The notes under the pieces are model-generated. The model was not told the DNA's origin and did not search any database. It saw only the letters and a program-made list of their open reading frames with translations. A stretch of 64,000 bases of DNA from Pseudomonadota bacterium. GTDB taxonomy: Bacteria; Pseudomonadota; Gammaproteobacteria; Burkholderiales; Rhodocyclaceae. A program made the position numbers and the translations under genes. Positions 1 to 9,094 of the stretch are shown one piece after another; within the stretch, counting starts at the first letter, position 1; each line of letters starts with the position of its first letter. Where the stretch lies: positions 381 to 64,380 of the forward strand of contig JBDLTI010000003.1 in assembly GCA_039805865.1 (NCBI GenBank), given 5' to 3'.

Positions 1-2
1 AT

Positions 3-1133
3 TGGAACAAGTTCCTTCAAGGCTACTATGATCTCTCAGGTATTTCTTCCGATAGCTTTGATCAGGCCGTACGCATCAATATAAACGGGGATGCCAATGT
101 ATCGCCAGCGATGGCGGCTCAGGGTATTCAGCTGCAAACCTCGGTGCGTACCTCGATTTACTATCTGGGATTCAATCTGATGGATTCGGTGGTGGGTGGT
201 AAGTCACCTGCCGAACAGCAGCGCGCCAAGCTACTCCGGCAAGCTTTGTCGATTGCACTGGATCAGGAAGAGTTTATTTCGATCTTTCTGAATGGCCGTG
301 GGCAGGCTGCCATGGGGCCCATTCCTCCGGGTATCTTCGGCTATCAGTCGGGTGAGGCCGGTATTAATCCGGTGGTGTATACGTGGAAAGAGGGTGCAGC
401 GCACCGGCGTGGTCTTGATGAGGCGCGTGCCTTATTAGCGAAGGCTGGCTGGCCGGATGGGCGAGATGCGGTAACGGGTCAACCACTGGTTCTGAACCTG
501 GACACCACCTCGGGGGGCATGGGCGATAAGTCGACGATGGACTGGATGTCTCGCCAGCTCAATCAGATTGGTGTGCAACTGGTGGTGCGCAGCACAGACT
601 TCAACCGCTTTCAGGAAAAGCTACGCAAGGGGAGTGCTCAGCTTTTCTTTATGGGCTGGAATGCGGATTATCCCGATCCGGAAAACTTCTTTTTCCTGCT
701 TTACGGCCCTGAAGGCAAAGTGGCACATGGTGGTGAGAACTCTGCCAATTACCAGAATCCGGAATTCGATCGCTTATTCCGCCTGATGAAAAACCTGCCA
801 AATGGCCCTGAGCGGCAGTCGGTCATTAATGCCATGCTCAAGCTGGTGCGTGACGATGCACCCTGGGTTTACTGGTTCTATCCCAAATCCTATGTGCTAA
901 AGCAGGGGTGGTTGCATAACCTGAAACCGAATAACGTGGCCAACAATACAGTGAAGTATCAGCGTATTGATGCGGCCAATCGTGCACAGTTACGGCAGGA
1001 ATGGAATCATCCCTTGGTTTGGCCTTTTGTGATTATTCTGGGTGGGTTGGTTCTTTTGCTGTGGCCAGCAATGAAAGCCTATCGTTCCCGTTCCGGTCTC
1101 GATGCCTTTGGTAAGCCAGTGAGGAAACGCTGA
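3..1133 (+). CDS. ABC transporter substrate-binding protein, family 5 (peptide/nickel), 5'-truncated by window edge
   Basis: Frame is open from base 3 (WNKFLQGYYD...). OppA/DppA-like C-terminal motifs (GWNADYPDPENF) and position ahead of two permeases and an ATPase. Confidence 0.9.
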   Translation, partial: WNKFLQGYYDLSGISSDSFDQAVRININGDANVSPAMAAQGIQLQTSVRTSIYYLGFNLMDSVVGGKSPAEQQRAKLLRQALSIALDQEEFISIFLNGRGQAAMGPIPPGIFGYQSGEAGINPVVYTWKEGAAHRRGLDEARALLAKAGWPDGRDAVTGQPLVLNLDTTSGGMGDKSTMDWMSRQLNQIGVQLVVRSTDFNRFQEKLRKGSAQLFFMGWNADYPDPENFFFLLYGPEGKVAHGGENSANYQNPEFDRLFRLMKNLPNGPERQSVINAMLKLVRDDAPWVYWFYPKSYVLKQGWLHNLKPNNVANNTVKYQRIDAANRAQLRQEWNHPLVWPFVIILGGLVLLLWPAMKAYRSRSGLDAFGKPVRKR

Positions 1134-2113
1134 TGTTTGCCTATGTGATGCGCCGCTTCTTTTACGCCATTCCGATTTTGATGGGCGTGAATCTGATCAC
1201 CTTTGCGCTGTTCTTTATGGTCAACAGCCCTGACGATATGGCCCGGATGCAGTTGGGGGTGAAGCGAGTCACGCCAGAAGCCATACAGCAATGGAAAGCG
1301 GAACGGGGCTACGACAAACCGCTGTTTGTGAATACATCGGCTTCCGGGTTAGCCCAGGTAACCAACACGGTTTTTTATACGAAATCACTCACCCTCTTTG
1401 CGGGCGAATTTGGCCGTAGTGAAGACGGGCGAGAGATCGGACGGGAAATACGTGAACGGATGGGGCCATCACTGGCAATCGCTTTGCCCACCTTTTTGAT
1501 TGGCCTGGGGCTTACCGTGAGTCTGGCTTTGTTTCTGGTGCTATTCCGTGGCACCTGGCTGGATCGAACTGGTGTGGTGTTCTGCGTCGGCCTGATGTCG
1601 ATCTCTTCACTCTTCTTTATTATCGGCGGGCAGTTTTTGTTTGCGCGCGTTCTGCAGCTCGTACCCATCTCCGGCTATGCCAGCAACCCGCTGGTAGCTT
1701 GGCACTTTCTAATTCTGCCGGTTGCTGTGGCGGTTATTGCTGGTATTGGTGGCTCAACGCGTTGGTACCGCACCCTGTTTCTCGAGGAGATCAGTAAAGA
1801 CTACGTACGTACCGCCCGCGCCAAAGGTTTGTCAGATGCTGCAGTGTTGTTCAGGCATGTGTTGCGTAATGGCCTGATTCCCATTTTGACAGGCGTTGTT
1901 GTGGTCATTCCATCGTTGTTTATGGGGTCGCTACTCATTGAATCTTTTTTTGGTATTCCCGGTTTGGGGAGTTACACCATTGATGCAATTGCAGCGCAGG
2001 ATTTTGCCGTTGTGCGTGCCATGGTCTTTTTGGGGTCTGTTCTCTATCTGCTGGGTCTGATCCTGACTGATCTGTCGTACACGTTGGTTGATCCACGAAT
2101 CCGGTTGAAATAG
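1133..2113 (+). CDS. ABC transporter permease (DppB/OppB-like)
   Basis: EAA loop 'EEISKDYVRTARAKGLS', multiple TM segments, DPRIR C-terminus; overlaps the upstream stop. Confidence 0.93.
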   Translation: MFAYVMRRFFYAIPILMGVNLITFALFFMVNSPDDMARMQLGVKRVTPEAIQQWKAERGYDKPLFVNTSASGLAQVTNTVFYTKSLTLFAGEFGRSEDGREIGREIRERMGPSLAIALPTFLIGLGLTVSLALFLVLFRGTWLDRTGVVFCVGLMSISSLFFIIGGQFLFARVLQLVPISGYASNPLVAWHFLILPVAVAVIAGIGGSTRWYRTLFLEEISKDYVRTARAKGLSDAAVLFRHVLRNGLIPILTGVVVVIPSLFMGSLLIESFFGIPGLGSYTIDAIAAQDFAVVRAMVFLGSVLYLLGLILTDLSYTLVDPRIRLK

Positions 2114-2117
2114 CCCC

Positions 2118-3554
2118 ATGACAATCAGCAGCCTTTTTAACACGTTGAGCCAGAGCCTATGGGTCTGGTTGGCGACCGATGTGCTGCTGTGGGCGCTCTT
2201 TGTACTGTTTGTGCTGTCGGTGGTAGTCATTGTACGATCACCGCTACAGCGGGCGGTTTGGCAAAAAGTCTTTCGTCAGCGTTTGGCGGTGATCTCAGCC
2301 GTGCTACTTGGTGTAGCTGCCTGTTTTGCCTTGCTTGATTCAATTCATCTGCGCGAACCGCTACCGCGCGCAACGCCGGATATGCCAGTCCGTTATAGCG
2401 TCGAAGTGAATTCGGTGCTGGATCTGTTGCTGGTAGATCTGCGTAAAGATCATGAAAAGACTTATTCGGCACCGCTGGCGGTGACACTGGCTGCACTAGA
2501 GCCCGTAACGATTACTTTGCCAGATGGTACGGTAGAAGTACGTCGTGAAGCGCCACGTCTCAAAGTGGCGGGGGCGGCTTTTCCACCGGGCCCTGTGGAC
2601 GAAATGAGCTACTGGTTTGACGTGTTGCAGCGGGTAGGGTTGGGCGCCTTGGGCGGCGCTTTGTTCTTTGGCGTGCTTGGCTTCATGTTCATCCTGCTCA
2701 GGCGCACATGGATCAAGAATCAACAGAGCAACCGGATTGCCTGGCGCTGGGCTGCTTATGCTCTGGCTAGTCTTAGTGTGCTGGGTGGCATCTTTATCGG
2801 TTTAAGTTCTAATTTTCATGTGTTCGGTACCGATAAGGTGGGGCAGGATGTGCTCTATCAAGTCCTTAAAAGCCTAAGAACGGCCTTGGTGATTGGCTTG
2901 GTGCCAACCTTGGTGACGTTGCCATTAGGAATCGCCTTAGGTCTATCGGCGGGCTACTTCCGCGGCAAAGTGGACGACGTGATCCAGTATATCTACACCA
3001 CGGTGAGCGCCATTCCAGGCGTGCTGCTCATTGCGGCTGCCGTGTTGAGTATTCAGGTGATGATCGATAACCACCCAGAGTGGTTTGCCACCGCCGTAGA
3101 GCGGGGCGATATCCGGTTGCTCGCACTCTGCATCATTCTTGGGATGACGAGTTGGACTGGCATTGCGCGCCTGCTCCGGGGCGAAGCGTTGAAGATGCGT
3201 GAATACGAATACGTTCAGGCAGCACGTGCCTTTGGGGTCAGCGCCGGACAGATTCTGCTGCGTCATGTATTACCCAACGTATTCCCGATTATTCTGATTA
3301 CGTTGGTGATGGAGTTTTCCTCATTGGTGTTGGCTGAAGCGGTTCTGTCGTACATCGGTATTGGTGTTGACCCAACCATGTTCAGCTTCGGTTTGATGAT
3401 TAACAACGCACGCATGGAATTGTCTCGTGAACCCATCGTTTGGTGGTCGCTGATAGCCGCCTTCCTGTTTATGGTAATTCTGGTGCTGTCGGCAAATCTG
3501 CTGGCCGATGCCGTGCGCGATGCTTTAGATCCTCGTTCCGAGGGGCAGTCATGA
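2118..3554 (+). CDS. ABC transporter permease (DppC/OppC-like) with long N-terminal extension
   Basis: FGTDKVGQDV motif, EAA loop 'EYEYVQAARAFGVS', ADAVRDALDPR terminus. Confidence 0.92.
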   Translation: MTISSLFNTLSQSLWVWLATDVLLWALFVLFVLSVVVIVRSPLQRAVWQKVFRQRLAVISAVLLGVAACFALLDSIHLREPLPRATPDMPVRYSVEVNSVLDLLLVDLRKDHEKTYSAPLAVTLAALEPVTITLPDGTVEVRREAPRLKVAGAAFPPGPVDEMSYWFDVLQRVGLGALGGALFFGVLGFMFILLRRTWIKNQQSNRIAWRWAAYALASLSVLGGIFIGLSSNFHVFGTDKVGQDVLYQVLKSLRTALVIGLVPTLVTLPLGIALGLSAGYFRGKVDDVIQYIYTTVSAIPGVLLIAAAVLSIQVMIDNHPEWFATAVERGDIRLLALCIILGMTSWTGIARLLRGEALKMREYEYVQAARAFGVSAGQILLRHVLPNVFPIILITLVMEFSSLVLAEAVLSYIGIGVDPTMFSFGLMINNARMELSREPIVWWSLIAAFLFMVILVLSANLLADAVRDALDPRSEGQS

Positions 3555-5452
3555 CCAAGCCTTTGCTTCAGGTGCGAAATTTATCGCTGGGTTTTTCACG
3601 TAAAGCCGATGATGGCATGGCGAACCAGACAATTGATGCACTCAGCGACATCAGTTTTCAGTTGCATGCCGGAGAGACGTTGGCGCTATTGGGTGAATCC
3701 GGTTGCGGTAAGTCGTTGACAGCACTGGCACTCATGCGACTGTTGCCTGGGCAAGCCCGTTTTCAATCGGGACACGTGTTGCTGGCAAGTGATGAACAGG
3801 GCGGCCGCGCAGAAGATCTGTTACGGGTTTCCGAAGACCGGATGCGGCAGGTTCGGGGGCGTCGCATGGCGATGATTTTTCAGGAGCCTGCAACAAGCCT
3901 TAATCCGGTGATGCGGATTGGGGATCAGATTAAGGAAGTGCTCCAATTGCATCGCGGCATGACTGCCAAGATTGCCGATGAAGAAGTGCTGGCATTGCTG
4001 ATGCAGGTGGGTTTGCCTGATCCGCAACGTGCGGCAAGTGCTTATCCCTTTGAGTTATCAGGCGGCATGAAACAGCGCGCCATGATTGCCATGGCGTTGG
4101 CTGGCGACCCGGATATCCTCCTGGCTGATGAACCGACCACTGCGCTGGATGTGACCCTGCAAGCGCAGATTCTGGATCTCATCGCGGAATTACAGCAGCA
4201 TCGTCAGTTGGGCGTACTACTCATTTCACATGATCTGGCGGTTGTGTCAGCGCGGGCTGACCGGGTTGCTGTGATGTATGCCGGACAGATTGTAGAAAGC
4301 GGCCCGGTTGCCCAGGTATTGAATCAACCCACGCATCCCTATACCCGTGCCTTACTCGCGGCTTTGCCGGAAAAGGCGGTGCCTGGCCAAGCGCTAGCAC
4401 AGTTGTCTGGCCGGGTACCCCCGTTAGGTCGCTGGCCAATGGCCTGTCGATTTGCACCACGTTGCGCAATCCGGGAACCGCATTGTGAAGAGGAGTCGCC
4501 GCCCTGGGTATTGCTACCCGGAGCGGATTCAATTGAGCTACAGCATCATGGACGGTGCTGGCGCGTTGGTGATGAAACAATTTCAGATGCTCAACCCATG
4601 CGACCTTTAGTTGAGCCGATCCATCCTATTGAAGAGTCACCAGTGCTCACGGTGTCTAATCTGAGTGTTCGTTACCCATCTTCAAATCAAGGTCTCCTGC
4701 ATCGCCTGGCTCAGCTTTTGTTGCGCAAACAAGCTGTTTCGGTTGGGCCGGTAGTTGAAAGTGTCAGTTTTGATCTCAGAGCCGGTGAAACACTGGCCAT
4801 TGTGGGTGAATCCGGTTGCGGTAAAACCACGACTGCGCGCGCGATCTTGCGTTTGATCGAGAGTGAGTCAGGCGACATCACTCTTAATGGAAACGCGATT
4901 GTCGGTGAAGGCGTAAAACCGGTAAAAGGTTGGCGGCGAGATGTGCAGATGGTGTTTCAGGATCCCTTTGCATCACTGGATCCTCGACAACGTATCAGGC
5001 AGGTTTTATCCGAGGGGGCTATAGCTCTGGGGTTGCCTGCAGCCAACTATGATCAGAATGCTTTAGTCCGGTTGCTTGATCGTGTAGGTTTACCGCCGGA
5101 AGCGCTTGATCGCTTTCCCCATGAGTTTTCTGGCGGTCAACGTCAACGCATTGCCATTGCCCGTGCACTTGCTGTGTCACCGAAGGTGCTTATTTGTGAT
5201 GAACCCACTTCGGCACTGGATGTCTCTGTGCAGGCGCAGATTCTGAATTTGTTGCAAAAGCTACAGGCCGAAACGGGTATTGCGTATCTCTTTATTACCC
5301 ATAACTTTGGCGTGGTGCGTTACCTGGCCGATCGTGTGCTCGTGATGCAGGCGGGGAAGGTCGTTGAAACAGGTGATACCGAACAACTGTTGGCTCGGCC
5401 TCAGCATGCCTACACCCGGGCGTTACTAAACTCGGTGCCTGTGCTAGGCTAA
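3551..5452 (+). CDS. ABC transporter ATP-binding protein, fused tandem DppD/DppF domains
   Basis: Two Walker A motifs (GESGCGKS/T), two signatures ([16 protein letters not shown]), two DEPT Walker B motifs. ATG at 3551 overlapping the permease stop is preferred over the track start at 3440. Confidence 0.93.
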   Translation: MTKPLLQVRNLSLGFSRKADDGMANQTIDALSDISFQLHAGETLALLGESGCGKSLTALALMRLLPGQARFQSGHVLLASDEQGGRAEDLLRVSEDRMRQVRGRRMAMIFQEPATSLNPVMRIGDQIKEVLQLHRGMTAKIADEEVLALLMQVGLPDPQRAASAYPFELSGGMKQRAMIAMALAGDPDILLADEPTTALDVTLQAQILDLIAELQQHRQLGVLLISHDLAVVSARADRVAVMYAGQIVESGPVAQVLNQPTHPYTRALLAALPEKAVPGQALAQLSGRVPPLGRWPMACRFAPRCAIREPHCEEESPPWVLLPGADSIELQHHGRCWRVGDETISDAQPMRPLVEPIHPIEESPVLTVSNLSVRYPSSNQGLLHRLAQLLLRKQAVSVGPVVESVSFDLRAGETLAIVGESGCGKTTTARAILRLIESESGDITLNGNAIVGEGVKPVKGWRRDVQMVFQDPFASLDPRQRIRQVLSEGAIALGLPAANYDQNALVRLLDRVGLPPEALDRFPHEFSGGQRQRIAIARALAVSPKVLICDEPTSALDVSVQAQILNLLQKLQAETGIAYLFITHNFGVVRYLADRVLVMQAGKVVETGDTEQLLARPQHAYTRALLNSVPVLG

Positions 5453-5464
5453 TACGGTTACAAC

Positions 5465-6901
5465 TTACTTAGCGCTTTTTTTGTTGCCAGATTTATCGCT
5501 GTTGGCGGTGGGTTTTGATTTGCTCTTGCCGCTGGATTTAGCGGTGGTAGGTTTGCTATCGGCAGAAGGCTTAGTGCCCGATTTTGCAGTGGACGATTTG
5601 CTTGCTGTCTTGTCCGACTTGCCTGCCTTGTCTGACTTATCCGCTTTGCCAGCTTTTCCCGATTTGTCGTCCTTGGACAAAGATTTCGTTGCCGGTTTAT
5701 CCGGCGTTTCGGGCACGTTAACGGGCGGGTTGTCGTTCAGCTCTGCAAGGGGCGCAGCAGGCGCAGCTTCGTTCGCGTTTTCTTTAAGTACCAGCAGGGG
5801 TTGGCCCGGCTTGCTGAGCGATTTCATCGATATCCCATTGGCTTCTTGCAACTGCGTCAGAGACATATTGAATTTACCGGCAATGCGATCAGGTTTTTCG
5901 CCGGGCTGAACCGTGTAGCTGCCCCAACGGGAAAGCGGCTTATCCGATTCCTGGTGGGCATTCAGGTTGGATTTGAACTGTGGCACACGATCTTTAGGCA
6001 GATTGATCGTATCGACTTTCATGACCGGGCGTGAATGTTCCGGATTAAGCGCTTTTACTTCGTCGACGCTGATATTCGCCAGCTTAGCAACGGTATCCAG
6101 ATCAATGTGCTTGCCGTAAAGCGCCACCGATTCGAAGTAGGGGCGGTTAGGTATGACGGGAAGATTCATTTGGGCTACCAGTTGTGGGTCACGCAGAATA
6201 TTCTTAATCGCCTGTAAGCGCGGCACATAGTTCTTGGTTTCCGCTGGCATACGCAGGTCGTCATAACCCGTAGGCAAGCCCTGCGCCTGGTTCTTTCCCA
6301 CTGCGCGTCCTACGGAGCCTTCGCCCCAATTGTAAGAGGCCAGTGCCAGGTGCCAGTCGCCCATCAGGCTGTAGAGATAGGAAAGATAGTCGAGTGCGGC
6401 ACCAGTCGATGACACCACATCTCGACGATTGTCTTCCCACCACGATTGGCTCAGGCCATAACTACGACCCGTAGAGGGTATGAACTGCCAGAGGCCGGCA
6501 GCGCGTGCCGGAGACATTGCTTTAGGGTTGTAGCTGCTTTCTACCATGGGGAGTAGGGCGAGCTCGCTGGGCATGCCCCGACGCTCCAGTTCTTCAAGTA
6601 CGAAGTAGGCGTAGCGACGGCCGTTTTCCAGCAGGCGCTTCATCGCCCCCGGATTTTTCATGTAGTAATTCTGATATTTCTGAACGAGCTCATTGTCGAG
6701 GTCTGGCATAGCGAACCCGTCACGCAGACGTGCAAGCAGATCAGGTGCTTCGCGGCCAGGGCGGGTATTAACAGCACGGGTCCAACCAATGGGCGATTTG
6801 TCTGGCGCAACCACCCCTGTGGACTGGTCGGCCGCATGCGCCACCACCGGGGTAAGCGAGGTGCCGAGGAGTGCAACAGTAATAATGACGCGAAACAGCA
6901 T
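5465..6901 (-). CDS. mltD: Membrane-bound lytic murein transglycosylase D-like (SLT + LysM)
   Basis: SLT motifs LPMVESSY, AAGLWQFIPSTG and ASYNWGEG, plus a LysM repeat (YTVQPGEKPDRIA). ATG at 6901 gives a clean signal peptide. Confidence 0.88.
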   Translation of the reverse strand: MLFRVIITVALLGTSLTPVVAHAADQSTGVVAPDKSPIGWTRAVNTRPGREAPDLLARLRDGFAMPDLDNELVQKYQNYYMKNPGAMKRLLENGRRYAYFVLEELERRGMPSELALLPMVESSYNPKAMSPARAAGLWQFIPSTGRSYGLSQSWWEDNRRDVVSSTGAALDYLSYLYSLMGDWHLALASYNWGEGSVGRAVGKNQAQGLPTGYDDLRMPAETKNYVPRLQAIKNILRDPQLVAQMNLPVIPNRPYFESVALYGKHIDLDTVAKLANISVDEVKALNPEHSRPVMKVDTINLPKDRVPQFKSNLNAHQESDKPLSRWGSYTVQPGEKPDRIAGKFNMSLTQLQEANGISMKSLSKPGQPLLVLKENANEAAPAAPLAELNDNPPVNVPETPDKPATKSLSKDDKSGKAGKADKSDKAGKSDKTASKSSTAKSGTKPSADSKPTTAKSSGKSKSKPTANSDKSGNKKSAK

Positions 6902-6907
6902 AGTTTT

Positions 6908-6916
6908 ATGATAGCA
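6908..6916 (-). promoter_or_regulatory. Extended -10 promoter element (TGcTATCAT) for mltD
   Basis: Minus strand reads gTGcTATCATaaaactATG. Confidence 0.5.
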
Positions 6917-6990
6917 CAAAGCGGCTCAAACCCGCGCCGGACTTGGGGTTGAGCGCTGGTGGATCAGTGCGCTTTTGAGCCATGGAAAAC

Positions 6991-7017
6991 AAAAAACCGC
7001 CTGAAGGCGGTTTGTTT
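6991..7017 (-). terminator. Intrinsic terminator of the tRNA Ala-Glu-Asp operon
   Basis: AAACCGCC-tgaa-GGCGGTTT hairpin with an A-run on the + strand (U-run on minus), just downstream of tRNA-Asp. Confidence 0.75.
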
Positions 7018-7049
7018 GGCTGACGTTTCTAGAGGCTACATTTTCGATT

Positions 7050-7126
7050 TGGCGCGGAAGACGGGGCTCGAACCCGCGACCCCCGGCGTGACAGGCCGGT
7101 ACTCTAACCAACTGAGCTACTTCCGC
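7050..7126 (-). tRNA. tRNA-Asp(GTC)
   Basis: 77 nt: GCGGAAG acceptor stem, CCGGC-CTGTCAC-GCCGG anticodon arm, TTCGAG T-loop, encoded CCA. Confidence 0.97.
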
Positions 7127-7135
7127 GCAAATCTT

Positions 7136-7211
7136 TGGCGTCCCCACGGGGATTCGAACCCCGGTTATCGCCGTGAAAGGGCGGTGTCCTAGGCCTCTAG
7201 ACGATGGGGAC
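7136..7211 (-). tRNA. tRNA-Glu(TTC)
   Basis: 76 nt: GTCCCCA...TGGGGAC acceptor stem, CTTTCAC anticodon loop, encoded CCA. Confidence 0.96.
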
Positions 7212-7250
7212 GTCGATACAACTAACGTCTCGTTCTTGCTGTACTTCGAC

Positions 7251-7326
<76 letters not shown>

Positions 7327-7356
7327 GAAATCGTGGTACAGCAGGAACAGGGCGAA

Positions 7357-7385
7357 ACTATACCTAAAAATCGGTCGTATTGCAA
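7357..7385 (-). promoter_or_regulatory. Sigma70 promoter of the tRNA Ala-Glu-Asp operon
   Basis: Minus strand TTGCAA-N17-TATAGT, about 30 nt upstream of tRNA-Ala. Confidence 0.65.
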
Positions 7386-7428
7386 AGCTTTTTCGAAGTT
7401 ATCTCGTTAAAGTTTGCAACCCACTGAT

Positions 7429-8829
7429 TTAGTTACCACATGCCAGCAAGGTTTCGATGCGGCGCAGCACTTCTTCGCGAGGGAAGAGCGCAATCAATGC
7501 ATCAACCGAGGGGGTTTGTGTCTGGCCAACTAGGGCAAGACGAACCGGCATAGCCAGTGCGGGCATCTTGGCACTGTGGGCGGCCAATGTCTCTTTGATC
7601 GCAGCTGAAATCGAAGGAATATCCCAGACTACGTCCGATAATGCTTGTTTGAATGCGGAAAGAATCGGGCGCGTTACATCGGTGAGGTGTTGTGCTTTGA
7701 GTTCAGCCGTGGGTGCAGGGTGGCCTTGTAGCTGCTCAACCGCATCGGTGAGCTCTACGAGCGTTTGGGCACGATCCTTGTACAGCGCCACAATGCTTTC
7801 AATGGAAGGGGTGCCCGTGTCTTTTGCCTGGCGCAGCGCGAGTCTGCGACGCACATCCGCCGAAAGCCGATCGTTATCTGCCTGCTTGATGTAATGCGCA
7901 TTCAGCCAGTTCAGCTTTTGGGTATTGAACTGTGCAGCGGATGGCGTGATGTGGTTAAGATCGAACCACGCAACAAACTGCTCGCGGCTAAACACCTCGT
8001 CGTCACCGTGTGACCAGCCCAAACGGGCCAGATAGTTGATTACCGCCTCCGGCAAGTAGCCCTCATCGTCGTATTGCATCACCGATACGGCGCCATGGCG
8101 CTTGGAAAGCTTTTGGCCGTCATCACCCAGAATCATCGAGAGGTGGGCGTACTGCGGGACGGGTGCGCCGAGTGCTTTGAGAATATTGATCTGGCGTGGC
8201 GTGTTGTTGACGTGGTCATCGCCACGAATCACCTGGGTAATGCCCATATCCCAGTCATCCACCACCACGCAGAAGTTATACGTCGGCGTGCCATCAGCGC
8301 GGGCAATAATCAGGTCATCCATTTCGGTATTGCTGATCTCGATCCGGCCTTTAACCAGATCATCCCAGGCCACAACGCCATCTACCGGGTTGCGGAAACG
8401 AATCACCGGATTAACGCCAACCGGTACAGGGGGTAAATCCTTACCCGGCTCAGGACGCCAGCGGCCATCATAGCGGGGTTTGTCGCCACGGGCGGTTTGT
8501 TCGGCACGTAGCGACTCAAGTTCAGCCGAAGAGGTATAGCAAGGGTAAGCGGTACCGGCTTCCAGCATTTGCTGAATCACCGCTTTGTAACGATCCATGC
8601 GCTGCGTCTGATAGAACGGGCCTTCATCGTGCGCCAGACCCAGCCAGTTCATGCCATCAAGAATGGCTTGCACAGCCTCTGGCGTTGAACGTGCAAGATC
8701 GGTATCTTCGATACGCAGTACAAACTGCCCCTGGTGATGGCGGGCAAAGGCCCAGGAGAACAGGGCGGTACGGGCACCACCAATGTGGAGAAAGCCAGTA
8801 GGGGATGGGGCAAAGCGTGTGCGAACCAT
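7429..8829 (-). CDS. gltX: Glutamate--tRNA ligase
   Basis: [17 protein letters not shown] (HIGH motif) and KLSKR (KMSKS motif). Confidence 0.98.
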   Translation of the reverse strand: MVRTRFAPSPTGFLHIGGARTALFSWAFARHHQGQFVLRIEDTDLARSTPEAVQAILDGMNWLGLAHDEGPFYQTQRMDRYKAVIQQMLEAGTAYPCYTSSAELESLRAEQTARGDKPRYDGRWRPEPGKDLPPVPVGVNPVIRFRNPVDGVVAWDDLVKGRIEISNTEMDDLIIARADGTPTYNFCVVVDDWDMGITQVIRGDDHVNNTPRQINILKALGAPVPQYAHLSMILGDDGQKLSKRHGAVSVMQYDDEGYLPEAVINYLARLGWSHGDDEVFSREQFVAWFDLNHITPSAAQFNTQKLNWLNAHYIKQADNDRLSADVRRRLALRQAKDTGTPSIESIVALYKDRAQTLVELTDAVEQLQGHPAPTAELKAQHLTDVTRPILSAFKQALSDVVWDIPSISAAIKETLAAHSAKMPALAMPVRLALVGQTQTPSVDALIALFPREEVLRRIETLLACGN

Positions 8830-8896
8830 GAATAAATCCGGTAAACGTGTAAAAGCGTTATTCTACCGGTTCAAGACGGCTCTCCCCAGTACAGCA

Positions 8897-8925
8897 TTGA
8901 CCAGCTGGCACTAATTGACTAGAAT
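8897..8925 (+). promoter_or_regulatory. Sigma70 promoter of tRNA-Val
   Basis: TTGACC-N17-TAGAAT followed by a GC-rich discriminator (ccgcgc), typical of stable-RNA promoters. Confidence 0.75.
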
Positions 8926-8937
8926 CCGCGCTTCGTT

Positions 8938-9013
8938 GGGCGGTTATATTCAGCGGTAGAAGGCTTCCTTCACACGGAAGAGGTCACTGGTTCGATCCCA
9001 GTACCGCCCACCA
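8938..9013 (+). tRNA. tRNA-Val(CAC), atypical D-arm
   Basis: GGGCGGT/ACCGCCC acceptor stem, CTTCC-TTCACAC-GGAAG anticodon arm, ACTGG-TTCGATC-CCAGT T-arm, ACCA end. D-arm is irregular. Confidence 0.88.
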
Positions 9014-9022
9014 ACAGATACT

Positions 9023-9061
9023 AAAAAAACCCTTGTGAGTAAAAACTCCCAGGGGTTTTTT
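9023..9061 (+). terminator. Intrinsic terminator after tRNA-Val
   Basis: AAAAAAACCC...GGGGTTTTTT imperfect hairpin with a T-run. Confidence 0.65.
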
Positions 9062-9094
9062 GCATCTACGGGCTAGCGAAAGTCGACATAAGCT

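Noticed and set aside
3691-4824. Identical 21-nt sequence (GGGTGAATCCGGTTGCGGTAA) at 3691 and 4804
   Set aside because: Both copies encode the Walker A motif of the two ATPase halves; explained by protein constraint.
5481-5909. 142-aa hydrophobic ORF antisense to the mltD tail
   Set aside because: Its Leu-rich look is the mirror of the Lys/Asp/Ser repeats on the coding strand.
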